Of a stretch of DNA of 61,370 bases, positions 19,465-28,690 are shown in pieces. Source of the stretch: an uncultured Mycoplasmatota bacterium (GTDB lineage Bacteria > Bacillota_I > Bacilli_A > RF39 > UBA660); NCBI GenBank assembly GCA_947365915.1, contig CANAXT010000003.1, forward strand, positions 1 to 61,370. Direction: 5' to 3'. The notes beneath the pieces were generated by a model that was not told the origin of the DNA, made no database searches, and saw nothing but the letters and a program-made list of their open reading frames with translations. The position numbers and the translations under genes were made by a program. Positions within the stretch are counted from its first letter, which is position 1. Each line of letters starts with the position of its first letter.

Positions 19465-19889
19465 TTTTGTTCCTCCTCTATTATTTTAATGGCGGATATT
19501 AGGTCTATATCGATTAGTTTTTCTACTGTTTGTTTTTTTTCTTTGTATGATATTTTCATCCAATCCTGATTTGTTTCGATGATGGTACATAGGGTGTCAT
19601 ATAGTTCATTGTAATCGTCTGTTTCAACAGCGATATAGCATTTTTTTCCAATTAAGTTTGTTAATATGTTTTTTTTGTTACAGTTTATTTTTAGTTGGTT
19701 GTTGGTTAGGTCGTCTAGGCTTATGTTAAAATAGGATGCGATTTGTTTGGCTTGGTTGATATCAGGATTGGTAATATCATTTTCCCAGTTGAATAATGTT
19801 TGTCTGGTTATTTGTAGGTTTTTAGATAGTTTTTCTGCAGTTAAGTTTTGTTTTTTTCTAAGTTGTGTTATTTTTTCTCCTAGTGTCAT
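19461..19889 (-). CDS. XRE-family HTH transcriptional regulator
   Basis: 142 aa with 'ITRQTLFNWENDITNPDINQ'. Confidence 0.8.
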   Translation of the reverse strand: MTLGEKITQLRKKQNLTAEKLSKNLQITRQTLFNWENDITNPDINQAKQIASYFNISLDDLTNNQLKINCNKKNILTNLIGKKCYIAVETDDYNELYDTLCTIIETNQDWMKISYKEKKQTVEKLIDIDLISAIKIIEEEQN

Positions 19890-19996
19890 TTTTTCACCTC
19901 GTTTTTATTATATTACAATTTTGGTATTTGTTATAGAAAATGTCTTTTACATTTTGTATAAATTGTTTTACAAGCGTGAAAAAAAAGTGTATTTTT

Positions 19997-20719
19997 TTAC
20001 ACTTCGTTATAGATATTTTCAAATAATTCTACTGTCCTTGTTACAATTTCGATGGTTCTATTTTTGTATTTGTTATAAATGTTGGTATGATTTTTATTTT
20101 GATTTTCATTTAATAGTGTTCCATCTTTTTGACAATATATGGTTGTATTGTTTTCGTTTAGGTATGTGATTTTCATGTTTTTTCCGTCATAGTCTGCGGC
20201 TATGGCTTCTTCGTCTGTCCATTCTGTACTAATGGCTGATATTTGTGGTTCTAATGCTTGTGGCATTTTGGTATACACTTTATAGTTGATTCCATTTTCA
20301 GTAATTGAATAAAAACCGATTTCATCTTTTTTAAATCCTAGTTGTTTGATATTAGACATAATTGTTTCATTTTTTTGGTTGTTCTTTTTTTGCTGTTCTG
20401 TTTTGATTTGTTTGTTTACTATAAAGGCAAGTACTATCATCAATAGTATGAGTGTAAGTGTGATGGTTATGGTTTTAAATATTTTACTTGATTTTAAGTC
20501 TTTGTCTATTTTTTTGATCATGTTTTTATCACCTTTTAATAAGAGGTCTAAGGAAATGTGAAATTCATTACTGATTTTGATTAGTGTTTCGATGTCTGGA
20601 TAGTTTTTTTCATTTTCCCAGTTCGATACGGTCTGTCTGGTTACGTTTAGAATTTCTGCGAACTGGTCTTGAGACATCTTATTATCCTTTCTGATTTTTA
20701 GTATTTTTTTACCCAGCAT
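19997..20719 (-). CDS. XRE-family HTH protein with a TM helix and an extracytoplasmic domain
   Basis: 240 aa with 'VTRQTVSNWENEKNYPD', then TM 'ITITLTLILLMIVLAFIV'. Confidence 0.8.
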   Translation of the reverse strand: MLGKKILKIRKDNKMSQDQFAEILNVTRQTVSNWENEKNYPDIETLIKISNEFHISLDLLLKGDKNMIKKIDKDLKSSKIFKTITITLTLILLMIVLAFIVNKQIKTEQQKKNNQKNETIMSNIKQLGFKKDEIGFYSITENGINYKVYTKMPQALEPQISAISTEWTDEEAIAADYDGKNMKITYLNENNTTIYCQKDGTLLNENQNKNHTNIYNKYKNRTIEIVTRTVELFENIYNEV

Positions 20720-20815
20720 CGTTTTTTTTCCTCCTTTCTTTCAATTATGATACTATTTTGGAATCTGTTTTTCTATCAAATTTGTTTTCCATTGTTCGCA
20801 AGTGTTTCTTGCGTT

Positions 20816-21373
20816 TTATGATTCACAATTTCCTTTTTTTGATTTGAAGTATTTTTCTAAGTTTTCTATACTGCTGTCAATATTATTAAAATCAACTAAT
20901 TTTTTAATTTCATTTGTCATTGAATCTGAACAATTTTCACATTTAAAGTATTGATCAGTTCCAAATTCAATTATGTATTGGTTATCTTTTATATTACAAA
21001 TTGTTGTTGCACTACTTTCTACATTGGGCATTTTTCCTGTTGCAAGAAATAAAATTAAGACAATCAGATCAATGATGAAAAGTGTGATAAACGCTACTCC
21101 AATGAATTTGAGAATTTTAATCGTGAAGTGTGCGAGTTTTTCGGTATTACTCACCTTTTCTACTAATGTGTTTTTTATATTATTGTTTAGTAGTTCATCG
21201 ATACTAATATTTAATGCATTCGATAAAAGTTTTAATTGATCTGGGTTGGGTGTGGTTTGTCCTAATTCCCAATTGGAAATGGTTTGTCTTGTGACTTCTA
21301 TTTTTTCTCCTAATTGTTCTTGTGAAAGTCCTTTTTTCTTCCTTAATTCTAAAATTTTATTTCCTAATGACAT
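20816..21373 (-). CDS. XRE-family HTH protein with a TM helix and a Cys-containing extracytoplasmic domain
   Basis: ATG at 21373 follows AAAGGAG. Contains 'VTRQTISNWELGQTTPN', then TM 'FIGVAFITLFIIDLIVLILFL'. Confidence 0.8.
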   Translation of the reverse strand: MSLGNKILELRKKKGLSQEQLGEKIEVTRQTISNWELGQTTPNPDQLKLLSNALNISIDELLNNNIKNTLVEKVSNTEKLAHFTIKILKFIGVAFITLFIIDLIVLILFLATGKMPNVESSATTICNIKDNQYIIEFGTDQYFKCENCSDSMTNEIKKLVDFNNIDSSIENLEKYFKSKKGNCES

Positions 21374-21551
21374 AATATTTGCTCCTTTCACTTTTCATTA
21401 TAAATGAAAGTTATTTGGCAAGTCTACCAAAAAGCTTTGGAACTTTGTCAAAGTTTTTTCACATTAAAAAAATACTTCTCTCTTAATAAGTATTTAATAG
21501 ATCGTTCTTTTTCCTAATATTTGTATTATCATTTTTTGATTATTTTTAAAG

Positions 21552-21581
21552 TAAAAAAACTAATTCATTTCTGAAATAGTT
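21552..21581 (-). terminator. Terminator after the tRNA
   Basis: On the minus strand, AACUAUUUCA-GAAA-UGAAUUAGUU hairpin followed by U7. Confidence 0.55.
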
Positions 21582-21593
21582 ATTTATCAAATA

Positions 21594-21670
21594 TGGTAGC
21601 GACGAGTGGATTCGAACCACCGACCTACTGGGTATGAACCAGTTGCTCTAGCCAACTGAGCTACATCGCC
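21594..21670 (-). tRNA. tRNA-Met (anticodon CAU), elongator-type
   Basis: 77 nt: GGCGAUGUAGCUCAGUUGGCUAGAGCAACUGGUUCAUACCCAGUAGGUCGGUGGUUCGAAUCCACUCGUCGCUACCA. Folds as a cloverleaf with encoded CCA. The anticodon stem lacks the initiator 3xG-C feature; tRNA-Ile2 (lysidine) is not excluded. Confidence 0.85.
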
Positions 21671-21810
21671 ATTTGGAACAATATGATTGTATCATATTTA
21701 TATTTATTTGACAATACTTATTTTTAATTTTTTATATCTTATTCATTGATATATCAATCATATTTTGATTCCACTTTCTGATTTTTCTTTTTGAGTTCTA
21801 AAATGGAAGT

Positions 21811-22731
21811 TTATCCCATTATTTGCCCACCATTGTTATGTAATACTTGACCTGTTACATAACTAGAGTCATCAGATGCTAAAAAAACGTATGTTGGAGC
21901 AAGTTCATAAGGCATTGCACCTCTTGCCATAGCTGCATCTGCTCCGAGTGATGGAATTTTTTCTTTTACCCAGCAAGCTGGTTGTAATGGAGTCCAAAAA
22001 AATCCTGGGGCAATGGCATTGACACGAATATTTTTGAGCGCTAAATTCCTAGCTAAGGCTCTTGTAAATCCTACGATGGCTCCTTTTGTTGTAACGTAAT
22101 CAATTAGTTGTGGATCTCCGTAAAATGTTGTAACTGAAGTTAAATTGATGATAGAGTCTCCTGATTTTAGATATGGGAGTACTTCTTTGGTAAGATAAAA
22201 CATACCATAAATATTCACTTTCATGGTTCTATCGAATTGTTCATCACATATGTTTTCTAAAGAGTCTTGTTGGTATTGTACTCCAGCATTATTTACTAAA
22301 ATATTGATTTTACCAAAATGATTTAGTGTTTCCATCACAATTTTTTTACAAAATTCTTTTTCTGTAATATCTCCTGATAATAGTAAACATTCTCCTCCAA
22401 GTTGTTCTATATATTCTTTTGTTTCTTTGGCATCTATATGTTCATTATAATAAGGAATGACTACTTTGGCGCCTTCTTTGGCATAAGCTATGGCTGCTGC
22501 TCTTCCAAGACCACTATCACCACCTGTAATGATAGCAACTTTATCTTTTAATTTCCCACTTCCTTTATAATTGGGATTATCAAATATTGGTCTAGGATTC
22601 ATGATGTATTCTAAACCTGGTTGTTCTGCTTGGGATTGTTCTGGAGCCATAATTTGATATTCTTTGCTTTGAATTCCTAATGGATTATAGTAGTTATAAA
22701 ATGTATTGCCAAATTTGTAATCATAGTTCAT
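21811..22731 (-). CDS. SDR-family oxidoreductase (YhdF/YghA-like)
   Basis: 306 aa with 'ITGGDSGLGRA', 'NNAG' and a YxxxK region. Confidence 0.85.
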   Translation of the reverse strand: MNYDYKFGNTFYNYYNPLGIQSKEYQIMAPEQSQAEQPGLEYIMNPRPIFDNPNYKGSGKLKDKVAIITGGDSGLGRAAAIAYAKEGAKVVIPYYNEHIDAKETKEYIEQLGGECLLLSGDITEKEFCKKIVMETLNHFGKINILVNNAGVQYQQDSLENICDEQFDRTMKVNIYGMFYLTKEVLPYLKSGDSIINLTSVTTFYGDPQLIDYVTTKGAIVGFTRALARNLALKNIRVNAIAPGFFWTPLQPACWVKEKIPSLGADAAMARGAMPYELAPTYVFLASDDSSYVTGQVLHNNGGQIMG

Positions 22732-22811
22732 AATATACCTCCTCCTTTACATATTATGAACTAGGTTACAGTATGTGATTATCAGAATTTAAAAAAGCGA
22801 TTGATTTCGCT

Positions 22812-23102
22812 TTATCCAATAATTTTTTTTAAATATTCTCCAATTGGATCACTGTCAAAATGAATAAACTTATTTTCTTTTAACCAACAAGTTGTATTTC
22901 GTTCTTGATGTTCTACTTTTTCTATTTCTTCTAGTTTTAAAGAACAAACAACGTTTTTTTCTTCTCCTGATTCTTGAAATGCGATAAAACGTTGGTTGGT
23001 TACAATGAGTTGAACTTCTATTGTCTGTTCCTCTGATTGCATCCAAGCTTGTGTATCCATCACTTCAATTGTTTCGTTTTCATAAAATTCTAATTGTTTC
23101 AT
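22812..23102 (-). CDS. Hypothetical small protein
   Basis: 96-aa ORF between two annotated genes. No family recognised. Confidence 0.4.
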   Translation of the reverse strand: MKQLEFYENETIEVMDTQAWMQSEEQTIEVQLIVTNQRFIAFQESGEEKNVVCSLKLEEIEKVEHQERNTTCWLKENKFIHFDSDPIGEYLKKIIG

Positions 23103-23131
23103 CGTATCACCTCTTTTAGTATAACATCTTA

Positions 23132-23914
23132 CTATGTAAAAAACAACTGATAAATTTTCGCCATTAACACTTGACTAACAGGAGCTCGATATATAAACTT
23201 TGGTTTTTCGGCTTCTATTGCTTTACAAATTTTTGAAACAATGGAGTTCATATTTTTTCTGGCTACTGTTAATAATAGTTTGTCTTGTTTATGTAGTAGT
23301 TCTAAAACGTCTTCAAAATAGTGATCCGTTTTTACTTCTGGATATTTATTTTCTAACATAACTTGGTTAAATCCTGTTCGATATAATCCTGGTTCTATCA
23401 TAGTTAATTGGATTGGAATTTTGGATTCTAGTAGTTCTAAATGTAAACATTCCATCCATTTGATTAGACTGGCTTTTGTAGAACAATAACTTCCTAAGAA
23501 AGGAACTGGTACAATTCCTGCTAGAGATGCCATCATAATAATTTTACCACTTCTTTTTTTCTCCATTTTTTGTAAGATATGTTGTAGTAATTCTAAGTTA
23601 GAAAATATGTTGGTTTCGTAGTTTTCACGAATTTTACTAATATCCATATTGATAATACTTCCTCCAAAACCAATTGCTGCATTTGCGATATATATGTCTA
23701 TATCTATATTGTCTAATTGTTTCCAATCTTCTTTATTGGTTATGTCTAATTTTAAGCAAGTAATATGAAGTTCTTCTTGATATTTTTTTTGAAGTTGTTC
23801 TAGTTCTTTTTTTGTATGTACAGCTGCGTAAATGTGATAGTCTTTTTTTAGTAATTGTTTTAATACATGATGTGCGATTCCACTTCTCGCTCCTGTTATT
23901 AAAATATTTTTCAT
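23132..23914 (-). CDS. SDR-family oxidoreductase
   Basis: 260 aa with 'ITGARSGIA', 'NAAIG' and 'YCSTKAS'. Confidence 0.85.
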   Translation of the reverse strand: MKNILITGARSGIAHHVLKQLLKKDYHIYAAVHTKKELEQLQKKYQEELHITCLKLDITNKEDWKQLDNIDIDIYIANAAIGFGGSIINMDISKIRENYETNIFSNLELLQHILQKMEKKRSGKIIMMASLAGIVPVPFLGSYCSTKASLIKWMECLHLELLESKIPIQLTMIEPGLYRTGFNQVMLENKYPEVKTDHYFEDVLELLHKQDKLLLTVARKNMNSIVSKICKAIEAEKPKFIYRAPVSQVLMAKIYQLFFT

Positions 23915-23932
23915 AAAAAATCACCAGTATTA

Positions 23933-24775
23933 TTATTTACTAGTGACTTTATTATTATAACATTCAATTACATTTTTTAATAAAATCATCACTGTCATAG
24001 GACCAATTCCTCCTGGTACTTTGGTAATATAAGAGGCTTTTTCTTTGACTTCATCAAATTTTACGTCTCCATATACTTTTCCGTTTTCCCAAGTTGTTCC
24101 AGCATCGATAATAACTGCTCCTTCTTTTACCATATCTGCAGTGATCATTTCTTTTTGTCCTGTTGCTGTAATTAGGATATCTGCTGATGTGGTAATTTGT
24201 TTTAGGTTTTCTGTTTTTGAGTGACAAATGGTCACTGTTGCGTCTTTTTTCATTAACAATTGGACTAATGGTTTCCCAATTAAGTTACTTCTTCCAATAA
24301 GCGCTACATGTTTCCCACTTATTTCAATTTCGCTTAGTCGAAGGATTTCCATAACTGCTAGTGCGGTACATGGTATAAAGCATTTTCGATTGGTGTAAAA
24401 ACGGGCAATACTTTTATCTGTTAATCCATCAATGTCTTTTGAGACATCAATTGCGTTTACGATTCGTTTGGTACTCATTCCATTTGGGAGTGGTAATTGA
24501 ATGATGATTCCATCTACATATTCATCGTTATTTAATTCTACTATTTTATTGATAATTTCTCGTTCACTTGTATCAAAGGCATACTGAAATAGACGAAAAT
24601 TCATTCCGATTTCGGTTGATATTTGTGATATGGCATCTACGTATGGTGTTGTTGATGCTTCTTCTCCAATTTGAACGACTGCAATACTTGGTTTAATCAT
24701 ACAAGTTTTTACTTTTGATGTCAGTTCTTCTTGTAATTGTTTGCTGATATCCTTTCCATCTAAAATCTGACTCAT
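23933..24775 (-). CDS. folD: Bifunctional methylenetetrahydrofolate dehydrogenase/cyclohydrolase
   Basis: 280 aa with 'PCTALAVMEIL', 'GRSNLIGKPL' and 'VPGGIGPMTV'. Confidence 0.92.
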   Translation of the reverse strand: MSQILDGKDISKQLQEELTSKVKTCMIKPSIAVVQIGEEASTTPYVDAISQISTEIGMNFRLFQYAFDTSEREIINKIVELNNDEYVDGIIIQLPLPNGMSTKRIVNAIDVSKDIDGLTDKSIARFYTNRKCFIPCTALAVMEILRLSEIEISGKHVALIGRSNLIGKPLVQLLMKKDATVTICHSKTENLKQITTSADILITATGQKEMITADMVKEGAVIIDAGTTWENGKVYGDVKFDEVKEKASYITKVPGGIGPMTVMILLKNVIECYNNKVTSK

Positions 24776-24859
24776 AAAACCACCTCTATTACTTCCATAA
24801 TACTACTATATCATAAATAAAAGTGAAAAAAAATATTTTTTTGTTTGGTTTACAGTTTG

Positions 24860-25510
24860 TTATACATTCTCATGGATAATCCATTTAATATCTTCTATGG
24901 TTTTGTTTAGGTTATATCGACCATTTCCAATTGGGTAATAGACAGCATAAAATTTGTAAGTTCTGTTGTTGATGGTTTTAAGGAAACTTTGTTTTCTTAC
25001 TTGTGAGACTTGAATTTTTTGATCTAATACGATGCTACTGACTTGATTTCCAAATAAAATAATGATTTTTGGTTTTACGATTTCAAATTCTTTATATAAC
25101 AGTTGTAGGTATTCTTTATAAACAGAATTTGGAAGTGATCTTGCATCGATTTGGGTACATTTTCCAAGGTTTGTGATGAAGTATTTATGTTTTTTTATGT
25201 CTTCATATACTTCTTCTGCGAAGGCTTCTGTCCATTCTTCTCTTTTGATCGTTTTTATTTTTTTGTATATGTGTTTATCTAATAGGTTTAGTGCTACAAA
25301 TAAGTCCCATATGTTTTTGGTTCCAATCCAAGGTGATTTTAATCCTTTCCAAGTTTTTTCTGCTGCGAGAATTTTTTTTGTAGGGTTCATAAATACAAAG
25401 CATATATCTGGATTTTGTTCTAGTCCACCATTATAAATGGAGTCTAATTCTTTGGCACCATATATTTGTCCTAGTTTGTCATATTCTTTATTTAGTTCTT
25501 TTAACAACAT
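24860..25510 (-). CDS. Uracil-DNA glycosylase superfamily protein
   Basis: 216 aa. Pattern 'ICFVFMNPT...' resembles UDG family 4/5. Call is tentative. Confidence 0.5.
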   Translation of the reverse strand: MLLKELNKEYDKLGQIYGAKELDSIYNGGLEQNPDICFVFMNPTKKILAAEKTWKGLKSPWIGTKNIWDLFVALNLLDKHIYKKIKTIKREEWTEAFAEEVYEDIKKHKYFITNLGKCTQIDARSLPNSVYKEYLQLLYKEFEIVKPKIIILFGNQVSSIVLDQKIQVSQVRKQSFLKTINNRTYKFYAVYYPIGNGRYNLNKTIEDIKWIIHENV

Positions 25511-25535
25511 ATTTAAAAAAATAGGTTTCCCTATT

Positions 25536-26075
25536 TTAATAGTTTGTTGCTTTTAGTTCAAAATATGCTTTTGGATGTGAACAAATTGGACATACTTCTG
25601 GTGCTTTTTCTCCAAAGTGAACATGTCCACAGTTACGACATACCCACATTGTTTTTTCTGCTTTTTCAAATACTTTTCCTTCTTTAATGTTTGCTAGTAA
25701 TGCTTTGTATCTTTCTTCATGTTCTTTTTCTATTTTTCCTACTCCTTCGAATAAAAAGGCAATATGGTCAAATCCTTCTTCACGTGCTGTTTTGGCGAAT
25801 TCAGCATACATTTCTGTCCATTCGTAGTTTTCTCCATTGGCTGCGTCTTCTAAGTTTTCGATGGTTGATGGAATTTCTCCTTCATGTAGTAATTTAAACC
25901 ACATTTTCGCATGTTCTTTTTCGTTTCCTGCTGTTTCTTCAAAGATTGCAGCTACTTGTTCATATCCTTCTTTTTTGGCTTTTGATGCGTAATATGTATA
26001 TTTATTTCTAGCTTGGCTTTCTCCTGCAAATGCTGCCATTAAGTTTTGTTCTGTTTTTGTTCCTTTTAAGTTCAT
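25536..26075 (-). CDS. rbr: Rubrerythrin
   Basis: 179 aa. Ferritin-like ExxH motifs plus a C-terminal rubredoxin-like 'CRNCGH...CPICSHP'. Confidence 0.9.
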   Translation of the reverse strand: MNLKGTKTEQNLMAAFAGESQARNKYTYYASKAKKEGYEQVAAIFEETAGNEKEHAKMWFKLLHEGEIPSTIENLEDAANGENYEWTEMYAEFAKTAREEGFDHIAFLFEGVGKIEKEHEERYKALLANIKEGKVFEKAEKTMWVCRNCGHVHFGEKAPEVCPICSHPKAYFELKATNY

Positions 26076-26294
26076 TTTTTACCTTCTTTCTAATACCAAT
26101 GATTTTGATCATTCTTCTATATTATAATCGTTTTGGTTTTCAAAAGTCAAGAAAAAAGTATCACTTTTTATGAGAAGAAATTTGTTTTATCGTTATAAAA
26201 TAATTGTATTATTTTGTCATTTTTATTTTCTTTTTTTTGTTTTTTTATGTTACAATATATTTCAGTAATTATTATAAATTATTGGAGGTATTTT

Positions 26295-27380
26295 ATGAAA
26301 ACTAGGTTGTTAAATTGTGATATATTAAGAATTATTGCATTTTCTTTTGTAGTTGGGGTTCATAGTCTTTCTTATGCAGAATTTTACGTTACACCTATGA
26401 CTGGAACTACCATGTTGTTTTTAAATTTTTTACGTTGCTTATTTATCACTTGCGTTCCTTTATTTTTGGTTTTATCTGGATATTTAATGATAGAAAAAAC
26501 ATTAAGTAAGAATTATTTAAAAAAATTATCCAGAATTATTGTAACTTATATTTTATGTAGTATTGCTTGCATGGTTGGATTACATTTTACTGAAAATGGT
26601 GTTTTTTCCATTAAACATCTCATTTCTGGAATATTATCTTTTACTGCTGCACCATATGCTTGGTATGTCAATATGTATTTAGGTTTATATTTACTGATTC
26701 CTTTTTTAAATATTCTTTGGAATAATCTCAAAAATAAACAAGAGAAATTATATTTAATTATTGTATTATCTATATTAACTGTATTACCTACATTATTCAA
26801 TATTTTTCGATTTGATAGTTTAAATTGGTGGATTCATCCTGCTAATTCTAGGGATTATCAACAATTGATTCCTAATTTTTGGCAGGAGATTCTTTACCCT
26901 ATTCTTTATTATTTTATCGGGTGCTATTTAAAACAATTTCCACTTAAAATGTCTACTAAGAAAAATACTTTGTATTTAATGATATCTATCTTATTATTTG
27001 GTTTATTCAATTATTATCGTGATTATGGTTTTACATTTTATGGTTCTATTTTTTCAAATTATTTTTCATTTGAATGTCTGATTGTAACTGTTCTTTTTGC
27101 CAATTTAGTTTTATGTAATCTTCACTTTAAAATAAGTAATGAAAAAGTTATTAAATTCATATCTAAAGTTTCTTATTTAACATTTGGTGCATATTTACTT
27201 TCCAAAATTTTTGATTCTTGGTTTTATCCCTTTTTATTAGATCATACTTCTACTATGAAAGAGCGTCTTCCATTTTTCATTCCTATTATTATACTCATTA
27301 TGATATGTTCTTTATTATTATCGTTTATTATTGACCTCGTACAACAGTTAATTTTTAAAGTTTGCAAGCAAAAAAAATAA
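26295..27380 (+). CDS. Acyltransferase family 3 membrane protein
   Basis: ATG at 26295 follows GGAGG. Polytopic, with an N-terminal 'CDILRIIAFSFVVGVHS' pattern. Confidence 0.7.
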   Translation: MKTRLLNCDILRIIAFSFVVGVHSLSYAEFYVTPMTGTTMLFLNFLRCLFITCVPLFLVLSGYLMIEKTLSKNYLKKLSRIIVTYILCSIACMVGLHFTENGVFSIKHLISGILSFTAAPYAWYVNMYLGLYLLIPFLNILWNNLKNKQEKLYLIIVLSILTVLPTLFNIFRFDSLNWWIHPANSRDYQQLIPNFWQEILYPILYYFIGCYLKQFPLKMSTKKNTLYLMISILLFGLFNYYRDYGFTFYGSIFSNYFSFECLIVTVLFANLVLCNLHFKISNEKVIKFISKVSYLTFGAYLLSKIFDSWFYPFLLDHTSTMKERLPFFIPIIILIMICSLLLSFIIDLVQQLIFKVCKQKK

Positions 27381-27397
27381 TTATGCTCTTTTTATAG

Positions 27398-27443
27398 AAA
27401 ACAGTATCACTTTTTTGTGCTATAAAATAGTGATACTGTTTTT
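27398..27443. terminator. Bidirectional hairpin between convergent genes
   Basis: AAAACAGTATCACT ... AGTGATACTGTTTT: a 12-14-bp stem flanked by A/T runs. Overlaps the last codons of the minus-strand gene. Confidence 0.6.
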
Positions 27444-27991
27444 GAAAATTCATATAAAATAATATTACTTTTATTGACTGCTATGCTTTTTCCCATAGCT
27501 TTTCCACCTATTGTTAGGGCTGCTATAATCGCTGTTACAAGTAAACTTATAATTAGTGGATCTATGTTCATAGAACTTGAAATCGTAATGGATAAAATTG
27601 CTCCTGTTGATCCTGATATAATTCCACAGATGTCTCCAATGACATCGTTACAAAATGAGGAAACTTTGTCTGCATTTTTTTTGAATTTCACAGCAATACT
27701 AGCTCCTCTTACTTTTCTAGACGCCATAGAGTGAAATGGGGTTTCATCAGCTGCGGTTACAGCAACTCCAATCATATCAAATAGAATTCCTAGTGCAATA
27801 AAAGCAATTAAAATAATGATTCCAATTATAATATTTACTTTAGGCATTACAGTTTCTGATAATAGCGAAAAAGCAATAGACAAAGTGAATGCGATTATAG
27901 ATATTTTTAAAACCCATTTATAGTCAATTAATTTTTTTTCTTTTTTTAGTTTTTTATTTTTTTTTAGTTCATCAATATATCTTCCCATCAT
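27407..27991 (-). CDS. Four-TM membrane protein with a DxxxD motif; OapA-like (OLE-associated protein A) candidate
   Basis: ~194 aa starting 'MMGRYID' (GAGGTG SD). Four hydrophobic helices. 'FCNDVIGDICG' lies in helix 3. Positioned directly downstream of and co-oriented with the large ncRNA candidate. Confidence 0.5.
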   Translation of the reverse strand: MMGRYIDELKKNKKLKKEKKLIDYKWVLKISIIAFTLSIAFSLLSETVMPKVNIIIGIIILIAFIALGILFDMIGVAVTAADETPFHSMASRKVRGASIAVKFKKNADKVSSFCNDVIGDICGIISGSTGAILSITISSSMNIDPLIISLLVTAIIAALTIGGKAMGKSIAVNKSNIILYEFSKTVSLFYSTKK

Positions 27992-28019
27992 ACACCTCAA
28001 AATACAAAAAAAATGGCTA

Positions 28020-28605
28020 TTCATATAGTAAACTTTACGTCTTAGGTCAAGTAGGATTTCCCTTACTTCAAACTTTTCCGTTACCAGAAAAGGGGTTCCC
28101 CATTACAGAAGTAAATATACCGTCACCGAATATATGACTTGATTACCACTGAGTACGCACTGCAATCCCATATGAATAGACACTCTAGGAGATTTCCTCA
28201 ACAATTCGATTTATTATTAGTTCCCTTTTGCAAGTATTGTTTCATATTGCAATCATTTAGTTTGGTCGGCCAATCAAATTAAAATCGTTCAATAATTCCC
28301 AAATACTCACTCAGGACAAGCTACACTACTCGTAACTTATCATCACATAGTAGGTTTAATCCTAAGTCGTCACTTCTCCATCAACTTTCGTGTATAGGGA
28401 AATAACAAGGTTAGGTCTCCAAGATGGAAGGGTCGTTTCTGTATGCCATTACAGTCGCCCGGCCATCTATACCTCCCAGCATCCACCCCAAACTGGGCGT
28501 AAGAAGCAGACACCAGAAGTTTCACAGATATGCTCTTTAGTGACTTTTTAGTTCCACCTTCATAATAATCGAAATTGACTAGAATAATGTGCCATTTCAA
28601 TTCAT
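28020..28605 (-). ncRNA. Large (~585 nt) structured ncRNA candidate; OLE-like by size and context
   Basis: No credible ORF. Strong promoter at 28613-28642. G+C is ~50% (28381-28500) and ~37% (28021-28140) by hand count, in an AT-rich context. Several complementary segments, including a 10-bp helix 28017-28026/28170-28179. Confidence 0.55.
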
Positions 28606-28612
28606 GTTATCC

Positions 28613-28642
28613 ATTTTAACAGATTTTTTTTTAATTGTCAAA
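28613..28642 (-). promoter_or_regulatory. Near-consensus sigma-A promoter driving the large ncRNA
   Basis: Minus strand reads TTGACA, 17 nt, TGtTAAAAT. The -35 box lies in the palindrome TGTCAAaTTGACA (28637-28649). Confidence 0.6.
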
Positions 28643-28690
28643 TTGACATTATATTATATGTCTGATTGTGAATTCTATGATCTTTTATAT

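Noticed and set aside
23733-23924. Same-strand overlapping ORFs in alternative frames (23733-23924, 4998-5258, 41341-41700, 54137-54334)
   Set aside because: They are fully contained in longer ORFs with clear family motifs, and there is no independent translation signal.
26214-26294. N-terminal extensions in the ORF track (26214 for the acyltransferase, 54881 for the pilin, 50090, 60915, 61312, 21391, 13584, 28024, 35750)
   Set aside because: Internal ATGs with proper Shine-Dalgarno spacing and family-typical N-termini (signal peptides, prepilin motif) are better supported. The extensions start at non-ATG or unsupported codons.
28017-28179. Possible M-box (Mg2+) or cobalamin riboswitch just upstream of the membrane-protein gene
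   Set aside because: A 10-bp closing helix and fragments such as 'GACGUAAAGUUUAC' and 'AAGGGAAAUCC' loosely recall the M-box and B12 elements. The conserved cores (GUUAGGUGAGGC for the M-box; the B12 box and GGUGAAAAUCC order) are absent, so it is kept as part of the larger RNA candidate.
28370-28600. 76-aa minus-strand ORF inside the large intergenic region
   Set aside because: It has no Shine-Dalgarno sequence and its composition is atypical (Trp/Arg/Gly-rich from GC-rich RNA-like sequence). It lies within the predicted structured transcript, so it is treated as non-coding.
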